IMG/VR virus record: IMGVR_UViG_3300022902_000007
DNA: 64,000 nucleotides
Strand: one strand, 5' to 3'
Source: a virus
Below the pieces are notes generated by a model, which did not search any database, was not told the DNA's origin, and saw only the letters and a program-made list of their open reading frames with translations. Shown one piece after another: positions 17,213-27,232 of the stretch. The first letter of the stretch is position 1. Every line of letters begins with the position of its first letter. Both the position numbers and the translations under genes were made by a program.

Positions 17213-17335
17213 TCAATGACTGTGATTGATGTGGACAGAGGAATGAGGCTTGGCAACCTTCTTGCCACTACGCTTGGCCTTCTTGCGAAGACGCTTGGCG
17301 ATGGTCCACTGTCTGGTCTTCTGCTTGCGCTTCAT
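17213..17335 (-). CDS. 40-aa highly basic peptide, first gene of the left arm (not in ORF track)
   Basis: AAAGGAG upstream; MKRKQKTRQWTIAKRLRKKAKRSGKKVAKPHSSVHINHSH. Confidence 0.65.
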   Translation of the reverse strand: MKRKQKTRQWTIAKRLRKKAKRSGKKVAKPHSSVHINHSH

Positions 17336-17550
17336 GACTTCTCCTTTTGTGGGGGTGGGCACCGAACGGCAGGGTATCCACCATTTCTACCCAATCAATA
17401 CCAGGTCTACATCCTCTATTTTTCATTCTCGTCCAGTCTTCTCTTCCTTGTTTTCCATATACATATATACCTTTTCCATCTCCTCTCTCTTTTCTATCTT
17501 GTTTCTCTCCCCAAAAATATATTTTTCCTAAATCCGTCCCTATATGGGTT

Positions 17551-17564
17551 TTTTGCTATAATAC
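17551..17564 (+). promoter_or_regulatory. extended -10 type promoter (TGnTATAAT) heading the morphogenesis arm
   Basis: TTTTGCTATAATAC; near-copy TTTTGCTACAATAC at 43172-43185. Confidence 0.55.
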
Positions 17565-17582
17565 CCTTGCCCTTTTCCAAAA

Positions 17583-17864
17583 ATGTTTTTGCAATGGAGT
17601 TTTCTCTTGAATTCGGAAGAACTTTACTCGTTTTCTCTTGATTTCAACGAATTTGTAAAATCTTCTAGACAATTGGACGCATTCCATTGGTATAGATACA
17701 AATATTTCGTTGACAACTCGAACTTTGACGACCCAAAGAAAGAATGTAGATACGTCATCAAGACGAAGCAACTCGGTGAAGATCAGAAGTCGCAGTTGAA
17801 GCAAGAGTTGAAAACATGCAAGGATCTACTGGAATCACTGTTGGAGAGGATAGAAGATGAGTAG
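17583..17864 (+). CDS. hypothetical protein
   Basis: ORF overlapping the next start; start codon uncertain. Confidence 0.5.
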   Translation: MFLQWSFLLNSEELYSFSLDFNEFVKSSRQLDAFHWYRYKYFVDNSNFDDPKKECRYVIKTKQLGEDQKSQLKQELKTCKDLLESLLERIEDE

Positions 17865-18651
17865 TCGAGAGATGATCCAGCGCGAGAAACTACAAACCCT
17901 CCAGAAGATGGAGAGCCAAGAAGAAGCAATCCAAGAGATTACCAAACTGGAGCCTGAGTATCAGGGCTACCTGGATAGACTGAGTTCGAAACAGCGCCGG
18001 CGAGCACAGTCTTCCATCACTGCCATGCGTACCGGCCTACACTCCATTGCACCCTTGGTATGTGGTGGACCTGGAAGGTGCTTGTTCTTTGACAGATGCC
18101 CGATCCCAGAGGTAGATCCCATCACTGGTGAAGTAGACAACGGTCCTATTGAACACTATCCCATTCATCGCGGCTGCATCATGGAAAAGATGTACATGTC
18201 ACAGAAGGTGGTTGAATATGTTCAACACTTGGACGTGAACCCAAACAACCCCATCGAGATGGCTATTGCAAATGACCTGGCCATCATTGACCTGTATAAG
18301 TACAGGGCTGTAGCCATCCTCTCTTCTGGAGACAAGGACGGACATGGTCAGGACTTCATGCGAATGGACATAGTCGGATTCAACGAAGAGACTGGTGATG
18401 CGGCCTACACCACGAACACCCATCCAGCTCTGGAAGTAATAGAGCAGCTGGAGAAGAGGAGAGAACGCTTGATTGACAAGCTGATGGAGACTAGAAAGGC
18501 CAAGACGGATCTGGCGATAAAACTGGGACAGGGTACGGAGAGCAACGTCCTGTTGGAAGAGATCAAGAAGTTGAGGGATGCGATCGAGGGCGGCGCGAAC
18601 GTAGTGGATGCAGAATACGAGGACATCGAACTATTGGATGGAGCTATCTAA
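17857..18651 (+). CDS. probable terminase small subunit
   Basis: Helical, Cys cluster, HPALEVIEQLEK segment; position at the start of the packaging/head arm (inference). Confidence 0.5.
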   Translation: MSSREMIQREKLQTLQKMESQEEAIQEITKLEPEYQGYLDRLSSKQRRRAQSSITAMRTGLHSIAPLVCGGPGRCLFFDRCPIPEVDPITGEVDNGPIEHYPIHRGCIMEKMYMSQKVVEYVQHLDVNPNNPIEMAIANDLAIIDLYKYRAVAILSSGDKDGHGQDFMRMDIVGFNEETGDAAYTTNTHPALEVIEQLEKRRERLIDKLMETRKAKTDLAIKLGQGTESNVLLEEIKKLRDAIEGGANVVDAEYEDIELLDGAI

Positions 18652-19082
18652 TGATCACGCCTGAAGAAGTATATGAGTTGATGGGATATGAAGACCCTGA
18701 TGCATGGATATACAAGAAGGTCGAAGAAAACTGGGAAGAGATGAAGAAGACATATGTCGATGATGGTAGGGAATATCTGTCCTGTCTTTCGGCCAGGTGC
18801 CTTCTCGAAGAGCTCGCGAGTGGCAGCGGTAGAACCACCCAGATGATAGTGCATGGGCTGTGCGAGGCCTTCAAGGAAGAATACGTCGTAATCATTGGAG
18901 ACCCAGATCATGTCCATCATATCCAGAGCCGAGTCAGAAAGATTGCTTGGAAGATAGCCGAATCCACGGGTCGTTATCTTTTCGTCTGTGTTGCTTCTGA
19001 TGAATCCAGCCTTCCAGGGACGCCCAGCCTTCTTCTCAAAGACCACGCGCTGGAATACCAGGAGCTGTACGGTACAGAATAG
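18651..19082 (+). CDS. hypothetical protein with degenerate P-loop-like SGSGRTT
   Basis: TAATG coupling to the upstream gene. Confidence 0.5.
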   Translation: MITPEEVYELMGYEDPDAWIYKKVEENWEEMKKTYVDDGREYLSCLSARCLLEELASGSGRTTQMIVHGLCEAFKEEYVVIIGDPDHVHHIQSRVRKIAWKIAESTGRYLFVCVASDESSLPGTPSLLLKDHALEYQELYGTE

Positions 19083-19106
19083 ACCAGTCTTCCCTCCCGG
19101 TGAATC

Positions 19107-22100
19107 TTGGACCCAATCAAACATCTTCGTTCCGTAACGGCCCCTCTTCAGGGAGGGATCCTGGACATAGAGACTCTTTCTCTCGAAAGAGCTTCCCCTG
19201 TTCACGAAGTGGCTTATGCCATCCCCTCCAGAGGGAAGGCCTATCAATGGCTGATGGATCCCACTTATGCTGCGGTGACTCCAGCGAAGGCACAGGACGT
19301 ACTACAGCTGGCGGTCTCGAATCGGGACGCGCTCTCCAGACTTCCTCTAAAAGAGGCGCTGGGCAGAGAGGTTTTCTGGACGGATGTCATTCGTGTACAC
19401 GCCCTCATGCGTTCAGGCTCTCTCAGGGGGCCTCAGACGGCTCAGGATCTATCCAAGGCCTTGGGCAAGGGGTCTTACTCCACAATTCAGCAAGCGCTCT
19501 CCTCGTCGCTTCCAGGAGGCTCCACGGTAAGAGGAGTATTAGGAGGGTCTGACAAGTGGTTGCTCAGACAGCTGGAGGCTGGGACTTATCCATGGCTGGG
19601 TGGAGGCAAGGCTGAAACCCAGAGGATCCCGGGGTATCATTCTGTCAGTAGTCAGAGAAGCTCCATGGAGAAACTCTTTGGTCCGGGGTCTCCCCTCTTG
19701 AGAGAGATGAAGCAGAGAGTGACATGGATTCAGAATACGCCGTTCGAGTCCAGCAGAATTGGGGCCTGGCTCAGGATAGCCGAGGGAGAAGGAAAGCAGA
19801 CTGCTCTGAAAGACACGGTGAGATGGAGGACCACTGCAGGACTGGAGGACTTGTACGTAACTGGGCCGGAGGTAAACAGGGCGAGGGCATTGGCTCAGCT
19901 TACTGGAGACTGGTCTGGAGTATGGAAAGCCTATGCAAAGCACTCTGGGCCTGGTGATGTCAGAGACATCATGGACGTCATGAAGGCGAACCAGAGTTAC
20001 GCAAGGCAGTTGGGATTGCTGAAGACTCGGAACAATCAATACTTTGGCTTGAGTGTGGACTTCGCTACCAGGATCTTCAAGCTGACTGAAAGAGGAGCAA
20101 ACCTGAAAGGAGCACTGGCTCACAAAGAGGCTCACGTAGCCTTGCTGGATGCTGCCAGGGATGAAGGGTACTTGGTTCAGAGGGCCACCACCATGGCTGC
20201 TACCATGAACGAGGTTGCGAAGGGGACCGAAGAGGGTAAAGCCCTGATGAACATGGCTCGACAGAAGCGTGGTCCCATGTTCCAGGCAGTGAAGTTCTTC
20301 AGTGCGATGGAGTACTTCCAGAAAGACTTGCAAGAAGCCAACTTGGTCCAGAGGTTAGGTAGGGCGTTTGAGGATTTTGCAACTCAAGGCGTGTCAATGC
20401 AGCACGCAGGACACAAGTTGGTTCGGTCTGAGATGGTTTCCAACACTGGACAGAGAACTATAGGACATCTGGGTGTGCCAGGAAAGAGAGAGGCAATATT
20501 CGAGGTTGGAGAGCTGCTACAGTTCCTCAAGGGAACTGGACAATACGAAGGTCTGGACATTGATCGTGTGTCTGGCAAGATGATAGAGCAGATGGTGAAC
20601 AAAGGAGGGCTAAGTTATCAGGATGGGATAGGGAAGGTAATAAATGAAAATTTGTTGAGAGGAGCGGCCAGAGATTATACAGACCAGATCGTAGACAGGA
20701 AGATGAGTTTCGCGATCAACAGGATCGCCAATGCTCCTGGAGGAGTGACCGGCTGGTTCGAGAGTCTGGGAGAGGAAGTACCACTTGCAGCGAGGAGGTC
20801 GGCTGTCGGGAAGCTTTTCGAGAATGCTTCTTTGAAAAGGGCTGGATGGATGGCGGCTGGGGTCGCTGCAAGCATGGTAGCCGTCGGAACCATGGCGAAG
20901 GGATTCAGGGGGCCGCAAAAGTCTACTCCGAGTCTCAGGACCATGGACTACGAGAGCTGGTTGGCATACCAGAGAGAGTTCTCTGGTCAGGAAGACTTCA
21001 CAGCTCCAGGTAAGGGTAAGGCAGAGGGCGGGATAGCGGCTTCTCTAAGAAGGGCGTTCACTGACTTTGGATCCCCTTACAGGGGGCCATGGAGCTCTCA
21101 GAGAGTGCTTGTCGAGCAGGAGTTGTTGAGAGAGAGGGAGAGATACAGGAGGGAGGCGTTCGGAGTGATTCATCATCATCCGGATGTAGGCTTGTTTTCC
21201 AGGATCAAGACATTAATGCCTTCCAAGAGAGTCTCTTCTCTGATTACGTCAGGGATAGAGAGAGCTGATCTGAACAAGTACTCTGGAATAAAAGGTGATG
21301 GCCTGTTCGAAGTCAATCTCAAGGACGGTGGATGGAAGCTGACTGTAGACGATGCTGACACGATCACGATCCAAAGAGGCAAGCTGTTCGGGGACAGATA
21401 CTCCTTTAGACTCTCTGGTATAGACGCGCCGGAGACGCGACACGGGAAGCAGGCAGGACAGCCATATTCCCAGGAGGCTACAGAGAAGCTCAAAGCGTTA
21501 CTTCGAGAGAGAGAGAGCCTGAAGCTGGTCTTCGACCCTCAGAACGTAACGTATGGACGTGCTGTCGGTGTGTTGGTAGCTGATGGACAGAACATCAACA
21601 TGGAGCTGGTGAGAAGAGGCAAGGTCGCTGCCCTGGCTTACGGCCCAGCTTCTGAACGCATGTTGGATGCAGGGCCCATGGCTTCCTTGGAGAAGAGGGC
21701 CAGAGAGGCTGATGCCGGTATGTGGAACGAGCCATTCTGGCAGGCTTACGAGGACACACTGAGAGGGCAGAGACTGACCTTCAACCAGATCGCCTCCATG
21801 AGCAGAGTGGCCAAGAGTTCGACAATGACGTCAGCAGTGAGTCTGATGAAGCAGGCCCAGGCTCAGGGGTTCTACTCGAACTATCAGATGACTGCAGCTT
21901 CAGAGATAAGTGAGAGAATCAAGACAGCAGGGATAGAGGATGACTACAGATTTCCTCTGCAGCATTCTTCCAGGAATGCGCCCCACAACAACTACATGTT
22001 GGAGATGCAGAGTGATCTTGGAAGCTGGATCAAGACCAAAGGCGGGAAGGCTCAGAACAAGTTTTCCCACAAGCAGGGGATAGATAGACTGAACAAGCAT

Positions 22101-22271
22101 CTGTCTCTGGACTCGATGGGTAGTTCTACTTCGGTTTGGAATAGACGTAGGCTGCATGCCTTTGATATATATGGTTCTAGATCAGCCCAAAGGAAGAAAG
22201 GTCAAGCTGCCTTGCAGCGAGGCATGAACGAGACAATGTTTGACAGCCCAATCGGGCATCATAGGTGGTAG
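19107..22271 (+). CDS. fusion of DEDDh (DnaQ-like) exonuclease and thermonuclease (SNase) domains
   Basis: ILDIET, QNTPFE and HVALLD (ExoI/II/III-like); DDADTI, RLSGIDAPE, YGRAVG and NINMELVRRG (SNase). Confidence 0.75.
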   Translation: MDPIKHLRSVTAPLQGGILDIETLSLERASPVHEVAYAIPSRGKAYQWLMDPTYAAVTPAKAQDVLQLAVSNRDALSRLPLKEALGREVFWTDVIRVHALMRSGSLRGPQTAQDLSKALGKGSYSTIQQALSSSLPGGSTVRGVLGGSDKWLLRQLEAGTYPWLGGGKAETQRIPGYHSVSSQRSSMEKLFGPGSPLLREMKQRVTWIQNTPFESSRIGAWLRIAEGEGKQTALKDTVRWRTTAGLEDLYVTGPEVNRARALAQLTGDWSGVWKAYAKHSGPGDVRDIMDVMKANQSYARQLGLLKTRNNQYFGLSVDFATRIFKLTERGANLKGALAHKEAHVALLDAARDEGYLVQRATTMAATMNEVAKGTEEGKALMNMARQKRGPMFQAVKFFSAMEYFQKDLQEANLVQRLGRAFEDFATQGVSMQHAGHKLVRSEMVSNTGQRTIGHLGVPGKREAIFEVGELLQFLKGTGQYEGLDIDRVSGKMIEQMVNKGGLSYQDGIGKVINENLLRGAARDYTDQIVDRKMSFAINRIANAPGGVTGWFESLGEEVPLAARRSAVGKLFENASLKRAGWMAAGVAASMVAVGTMAKGFRGPQKSTPSLRTMDYESWLAYQREFSGQEDFTAPGKGKAEGGIAASLRRAFTDFGSPYRGPWSSQRVLVEQELLRERERYRREAFGVIHHHPDVGLFSRIKTLMPSKRVSSLITSGIERADLNKYSGIKGDGLFEVNLKDGGWKLTVDDADTITIQRGKLFGDRYSFRLSGIDAPETRHGKQAGQPYSQEATEKLKALLRERESLKLVFDPQNVTYGRAVGVLVADGQNINMELVRRGKVAALAYGPASERMLDAGPMASLEKRAREADAGMWNEPFWQAYEDTLRGQRLTFNQIASMSRVAKSSTMTSAVSLMKQAQAQGFYSNYQMTAASEISERIKTAGIEDDYRFPLQHSSRNAPHNNYMLEMQSDLGSWIKTKGGKAQNKFSHKQGIDRLNKHLSLDSMGSSTSVWNRRRLHAFDIYGSRSAQRKKGQAALQRGMNETMFDSPIGHHRW

Positions 22272-23224
22272 AGATGGCAGGACCGAGTGCACTAAGAGCA
22301 ATGCTTTCAGCCGCTGGGAACAGTACTGGGAGTTATCTGTCTCCTGGGATGATGTTTACTGCTGGTTTCTCGGTGCCTGGAGAAGGCGTGTACCACAAGC
22401 CTGGTGAGTCCATCTGGCAGTTCGGCAACATGGGTATCAGGAAGGGCCCTGGTGTCATGCCAGACATCATGACGGATGCTCAGCTGTCTGCAACGAAGGT
22501 CCACGGTGGGAAGACCATGCAGCAGGCGCTGGCTCCTGGAAGGGCCACTCAGTGGCTCCAAAGACGGGGAAAGGCTGGAGCGATGCTTGGAAAAGCCGCT
22601 CCTTTTACTGTCCCTGGACTGGCAGTAGGCATGTCTGGGTACTTTATGTACAAAGGCTACAAGGGTGAGATGGGGGCAAGATCCGGTGTGGCTGGAGCCT
22701 GGGACGCTGGCATCATGGATTTGTCTGTGAGTTCTGCGATTATGCGTTTTGGGGCCAAGACTACTGCAGCTGGAGCTGGCGTGATGATGACTCGTGCCCC
22801 TGGGCTGCTCAGGATAGCAGGCGTTGGTATGCTGGGTGCATTCCCTGGAGCTTCTGTGGGTCAGGCACTGGCAGGGACTCCTGGCGCGCTCATTGGCGGT
22901 TACGCTGGTGGTGCATTGGCCTCTGCTGCGATAGCTCATCCGATCATTGCTGCTGGTGCGGCTGCCACGGTAGGTGGAGCATACATAGTCGGGAAGGGAG
23001 CCTACTCCCTGATGAAGACTGGGTATAGGAAGAAGCAGTATCAGAAGAGGATAGACACGGCTGGAGACATGAATGCGTTCATGACCCAGGGTGCAATAAC
23101 CATGCGGCAGAGAAGCATAGATGCAATGCGCAGGTCGGGTATCCCGGCCAGGCAGGCGATGGGGATGGAGAGTACGTTTGCTCATTCGTCCAGAAACTAT
23201 TTCAGTACTTATAGACAATTTTAG
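22265..23224 (+). CDS. glycine-zipper membrane-type virion protein
   Basis: Gly/Ala-rich hydrophobic helices with GxxxG repeats. Confidence 0.55.
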   Translation: MVEMAGPSALRAMLSAAGNSTGSYLSPGMMFTAGFSVPGEGVYHKPGESIWQFGNMGIRKGPGVMPDIMTDAQLSATKVHGGKTMQQALAPGRATQWLQRRGKAGAMLGKAAPFTVPGLAVGMSGYFMYKGYKGEMGARSGVAGAWDAGIMDLSVSSAIMRFGAKTTAAGAGVMMTRAPGLLRIAGVGMLGAFPGASVGQALAGTPGALIGGYAGGALASAAIAHPIIAAGAAATVGGAYIVGKGAYSLMKTGYRKKQYQKRIDTAGDMNAFMTQGAITMRQRSIDAMRRSGIPARQAMGMESTFAHSSRNYFSTYRQF

Positions 23225-23294
23225 GAGAAGAGATGATCAAGAATGATACAGAATTCATTTATGCACTGATAGAACTCCAGACCTACTTTTTTCA

Positions 23295-25568
23295 TTGGCC
23301 TATGTAAACATGAATCCTCACATCGAACGACATCTTACTGATCTCTATGTCACGAACGAGTATGGGATCACTCATCCGAACCCTTTGGCGAAGCCACACC
23401 CAGAGCTGATTGAACACTTCGAACAGGAGTATGGGATCAGGACTGACGTGCACATGACTTGCATTGCCTGTCAGATAAGACAGATGTACAAGTACAAAGA
23501 CTTCGCGAAGAAGGACGAGAAGCCAAAATTCGATGTAACATGTAATTTCATTCCTAAAGGATTGCCTCCTGGGACAGGCAAGAAGATAAGGCAGATCGCA
23601 GCCAAGAATGCGATAGACATCAAGCATGCAAGAAGGGTCGTATTGTCTACGATTGATCCTGTAGCTTGGAGTGAGCTCATGCTGGGCTTTGATGACGATG
23701 ACCCAGAATGGTTCCTGAGAAGCTATCAGAAAGAGCTGATCAGGTGTACTGGCAAGAGAGTCAGCATGGTGTGGGGGCGCCGCTCAGGAAAAAGTTTCGG
23801 GATGGCTATCAAGCTCATCTTTCTGGCTTACAACAAGTTGGTAAAGGCTGGTAGGAACAGTCAGGGAGAGCAGCTATATCGCGGGCCGAAGATTTATGTA
23901 ATCACGCCTTTCCAGTCGCAGCTCACCAACATTTTCAATGATATTGAGTCTTTGATCAAGAAGAACCCGGAACTTGTATCGATGGTCAAGTCAGGACATG
24001 CTGGGAGCCTTTATACCAAGTCCCCCACATACAATTTGGTACTGAGGAATGGAGCAACCATTACAGGCTTTGTCTCCGGTATTGGCGTCAAGAGTGATGG
24101 CTCCGGCGGTGGTACGCTCCGTGGTGGTGGCGCAGACTATGTATATCTGGACGAGATGGACATGATCCCTGAAGAGATCCTCTCCAAGGTAATCATTCCA
24201 ATTCTCCACACCTCCAAAGACGGAAGCATGTATGCTACGTCTACGCCTATTGGCAAGCGAGGGAGATTCTTCCAGTGGACTAATCAGAATCCCAAGTACA
24301 AGTCTGACCACTATCCGTCATCAGTACTTCCACACTGGGAATCGATCAAGGAAGAGGCAAGGGAAGAAGCAGGCACTGAAGAGAACTTCATGGCTGAGTA
24401 CATGGCCATGTTCATCGAGGGTGGCTACGGTGTGTTCAGGCCTTCTCTCATTCATGCTGCAAGAGCAGACTATGAATACGCAGAGACGCAGGCAGAGTCT
24501 TATCCATTCTGGTCCAAGAAGATGGGTATACCAGATTTCAAGAACATGTCGATAATGATTGGGATTGACTGGAACAAGAATGCGGGAACAGAGTTCTATG
24601 TGATTGGGTATTCCCATTCAACGGGCCGGATAGTGGCTTTGGAGTCACACAACATTTCTACTTCTGAATTCTCTGGCAAGAAGTGGATGGAGGAGGTACT
24701 CCGTTTGAATTTCAAATGGAAGCCGTCGTTCATATATGCCGATGAAGGCTGGGGACATCACATCATCGAGGATCTGCAATACCATGCGTCCCAGTTGCGT
24801 GGCAGAAAGAAGCTCAGTGAGTTCGAGAAGCAGTCGATTCAATTACTCGATAGGCTCGTGTCTTTCAACTTCTCCAAGAAGGTAGTCTTGAGAAGCCCGA
24901 TTGACGGTAAGAAGTTCGAGAAGTCTGGGAAGCACTTCCTCGTAGAAAATGCTGTCAGAATTCTGGAGGCTGGAGCTTTCTCCTACCCGGAGAATGATAA
25001 GGTGCTTACTGATCAGTTCACGAACTACGTCATTCTCAGACGACATCCGTCCAACAACAAGCCGGTGTATGGTTGCAACAATGACACTATTGGTGATCAC
25101 AGGCTGGACGCCGTGATGCTGGCTCTCGCTGCTGTATCTTTGGAGTGCTCTGATTTCAGTCCAAGTAATCATGTGAGCTCGTCACTCTCCTTCAAGGCCA
25201 GAGGTGATGCTCCTGGGGACTATGTACACCCTATTCAGGAAGCTCACGATTTAATTGAGTCTGCAAAAAGAGCTGGTGTGCCAGCCATTCTGAATGTCTT
25301 GGCTCTTAGAAGAGGGAACAATCCGCAAGACGAAGAGCACATAAGAAAGAAATGGGCAGAAGAAGAGAAGGAAGAGCCAGTCGGACGCTTCAAACGCTCA
25401 CGAGAACGTGGTAAACTCAGGGGCAGCCAACAAAAGGGTGATAATCTTTTGTATGAAACAATGAGCAGTTCTTCTGGAAGGCCATCTTTCGCGAAGTTTA
25501 GCGGAAGGAAGAGAAGAGTCGGTTCTGGGAGATCCTCTGGCAGAGGTAACATTCGGAGAGTGAGATGA
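23295..25568 (+). CDS. terL: terminase large subunit
   Basis: LRSYQ, GRRSGKS (Walker A), YVYLDE (Walker B), STP and IGIDW nuclease motif. Confidence 0.9.
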   Translation: MAYVNMNPHIERHLTDLYVTNEYGITHPNPLAKPHPELIEHFEQEYGIRTDVHMTCIACQIRQMYKYKDFAKKDEKPKFDVTCNFIPKGLPPGTGKKIRQIAAKNAIDIKHARRVVLSTIDPVAWSELMLGFDDDDPEWFLRSYQKELIRCTGKRVSMVWGRRSGKSFGMAIKLIFLAYNKLVKAGRNSQGEQLYRGPKIYVITPFQSQLTNIFNDIESLIKKNPELVSMVKSGHAGSLYTKSPTYNLVLRNGATITGFVSGIGVKSDGSGGGTLRGGGADYVYLDEMDMIPEEILSKVIIPILHTSKDGSMYATSTPIGKRGRFFQWTNQNPKYKSDHYPSSVLPHWESIKEEAREEAGTEENFMAEYMAMFIEGGYGVFRPSLIHAARADYEYAETQAESYPFWSKKMGIPDFKNMSIMIGIDWNKNAGTEFYVIGYSHSTGRIVALESHNISTSEFSGKKWMEEVLRLNFKWKPSFIYADEGWGHHIIEDLQYHASQLRGRKKLSEFEKQSIQLLDRLVSFNFSKKVVLRSPIDGKKFEKSGKHFLVENAVRILEAGAFSYPENDKVLTDQFTNYVILRRHPSNNKPVYGCNNDTIGDHRLDAVMLALAAVSLECSDFSPSNHVSSSLSFKARGDAPGDYVHPIQEAHDLIESAKRAGVPAILNVLALRRGNNPQDEEHIRKKWAEEEKEEPVGRFKRSRERGKLRGSQQKGDNLLYETMSSSSGRPSFAKFSGRKRRVGSGRSSGRGNIRRVR

Positions 25569-26008
25569 TAAGTTTGATGAAAAACGCACTGAGTGCTGGG
25601 GCTGGCATGTGGGGCGGCAAGTCTGCCAAGTTCATGGGAGCTGCTTCTGCCATGGGGAGCTCTGTTGGCTCATTCTTTACCAAGAACAAGATTGGTGCCG
25701 GAATAGGCCTGATGGGGATTGGTGGTGTTGCCTCGATGATGACTGGCGGAACCTTCATGTCAGGCGCCCTGATGGGCGGTGCTGGCGCCTTCGCAGGTCG
25801 CGGATTGCACAATAGACGAGCTGGCCTTGGGAAATTCGCTTCTGGCGCTCCGAAGGTAGGCAGTCGTATGCAAAACGCCCTGTCTCATTCAGGTTTTACT
25901 CGCAGCAGAGCGATGATGGGTGGCGCCGCTCTCGGCGGCGCTATTTTTGGCAATAGGAAGAATTCCCACAAACGTGGATTCAACTCTGGAAGAGGAGCCC
26001 GATTCTAA
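25565..26008 (+). CDS. Gly-rich basic glycine-zipper protein
   Basis: Composition; ATGA overlap with terL. Confidence 0.55.
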   Translation: MISLMKNALSAGAGMWGGKSAKFMGAASAMGSSVGSFFTKNKIGAGIGLMGIGGVASMMTGGTFMSGALMGGAGAFAGRGLHNRRAGLGKFASGAPKVGSRMQNALSHSGFTRSRAMMGGAALGGAIFGNRKNSHKRGFNSGRGARF

Positions 26009-26443
26009 ATGCCCCTAAAATTTTACGATGACTCTTACTCAGAGCTGAACACTGATCCACTACGCTTCTCCCTGGATGGGCATAGCGGCGGTTCACACGA
26101 AAGGCTCTTCTATCTGAGAAACCACGATCCTGCTGTTTACTATACTAACGTGACAATTCAGCCAGTAACCACTTCCGCATATGATGACAATGGAGAATTC
26201 GGAGAGACTGGCTGGGGCGTCAAGGTGATGTATGGAAAGCGTCGGCCTACCGAAGCTGAGTGGGATAGAGTCAGAAGCGGTGATGCCGTAGTGATCCCGG
26301 ACATTGGCTCGACAGAAGCGGCTGACACATTCACCAACCATCCTATCTGGGTTAGATACTATTGTCCTGGCAACATCTCTGCACAGATCAGGGAAGCTAC
26401 TCGACTGAAAGTCTCCTACTACATCCGCAATGTTGGTGCTTAG
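26009..26443 (+). CDS. hypothetical virion protein (beta-rich)
   Basis: AGAGGAG upstream; operon position. Confidence 0.6.
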   Translation: MPLKFYDDSYSELNTDPLRFSLDGHSGGSHERLFYLRNHDPAVYYTNVTIQPVTTSAYDDNGEFGETGWGVKVMYGKRRPTEAEWDRVRSGDAVVIPDIGSTEAADTFTNHPIWVRYYCPGNISAQIREATRLKVSYYIRNVGA

Positions 26444-26940
26444 TGAGTTTTCCAGAGAGACAATACAAACCCGAGTTCCGTGAGGTCGAGGCAGAGCTTC
26501 GTGGAGGTAAGGCTCGTAAGCCAAGACAGCAGGACATAGCTTCTGTGAAAGACTTGGCGATTGCCATAACTGACGAGAAGAAGCGGACCATAGAGCAGAT
26601 AGATCAGGTAGAGCCCCAGAAGCCACTGACCCAAGAAGAAGCTGAAGCGATTCAGCAAGACGTGGCGACTTTATTGGACAAAGCAACCAGAGTCAAAAGA
26701 AAGGTCGGGTATCTGGCAAAGACAGTAGATGAAGCAGTAGAGGCTTATAATCCTGCAATGACGATCTTCAGGTACGATCTCTCGAAGAGACCCCGGCTGA
26801 AGAAGGCAATGAAGGCAATCTTTGGTAGCTCTCGTCCTACAATTAGTTACTCTGATTACCTACAGGCCCTCAGAATAAAGAGAGAGATGGAAGAGAAAGA
26901 GGGGAAGGCAGTCTTTGAGGAGGATAACTTCGATGACTAG
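26443..26940 (+). CDS. hypothetical protein (start GTG 26443)
   Basis: TAGTG coupling to the upstream gene. Confidence 0.55.
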   Translation: MSFPERQYKPEFREVEAELRGGKARKPRQQDIASVKDLAIAITDEKKRTIEQIDQVEPQKPLTQEEAEAIQQDVATLLDKATRVKRKVGYLAKTVDEAVEAYNPAMTIFRYDLSKRPRLKKAMKAIFGSSRPTISYSDYLQALRIKREMEEKEGKAVFEEDNFDD

Positions 26941-27232
26941 TTTCCTCAAAGCAGCTATCAGAGGTGAGGAGCCAGATACGGACAACGATCCTGCTGAGCT
27001 CGAAGAGATCTATTTGAGACTATTCCCCAAGATTGGCAGAGACTTCGTTCACCGTGATGACCTCATGCATATCTTGCGAACGGTCCTGTCATTCTTGGAC
27101 GTGGATCCCTATGAGCTTGATTTAGATACTGACTCCATGGCCAGATTGAGAGCAATTGAATATAGGTCTGTATTGGAAAGTGGTGTTTCTGAACAGATAT
27201 TTGAAGACCTTATCAATCTCGGAGATGTATAG
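26933..27232 (+). CDS. hypothetical protein
   Basis: GAGGAGG upstream of ATG 26933. Confidence 0.6.
   Translation: MTSFLKAAIRGEEPDTDNDPAELEEIYLRLFPKIGRDFVHRDDLMHILRTVLSFLDVDPYELDLDTDSMARLRAIEYRSVLESGVSEQIFEDLINLGDV

Noticed and set aside
18651-19082. Split terminase ATPase fragment
   Set aside because: The P-loop lacks the Lys (SGSGRTT) and an intact TerL is present downstream, so the evidence is too weak.
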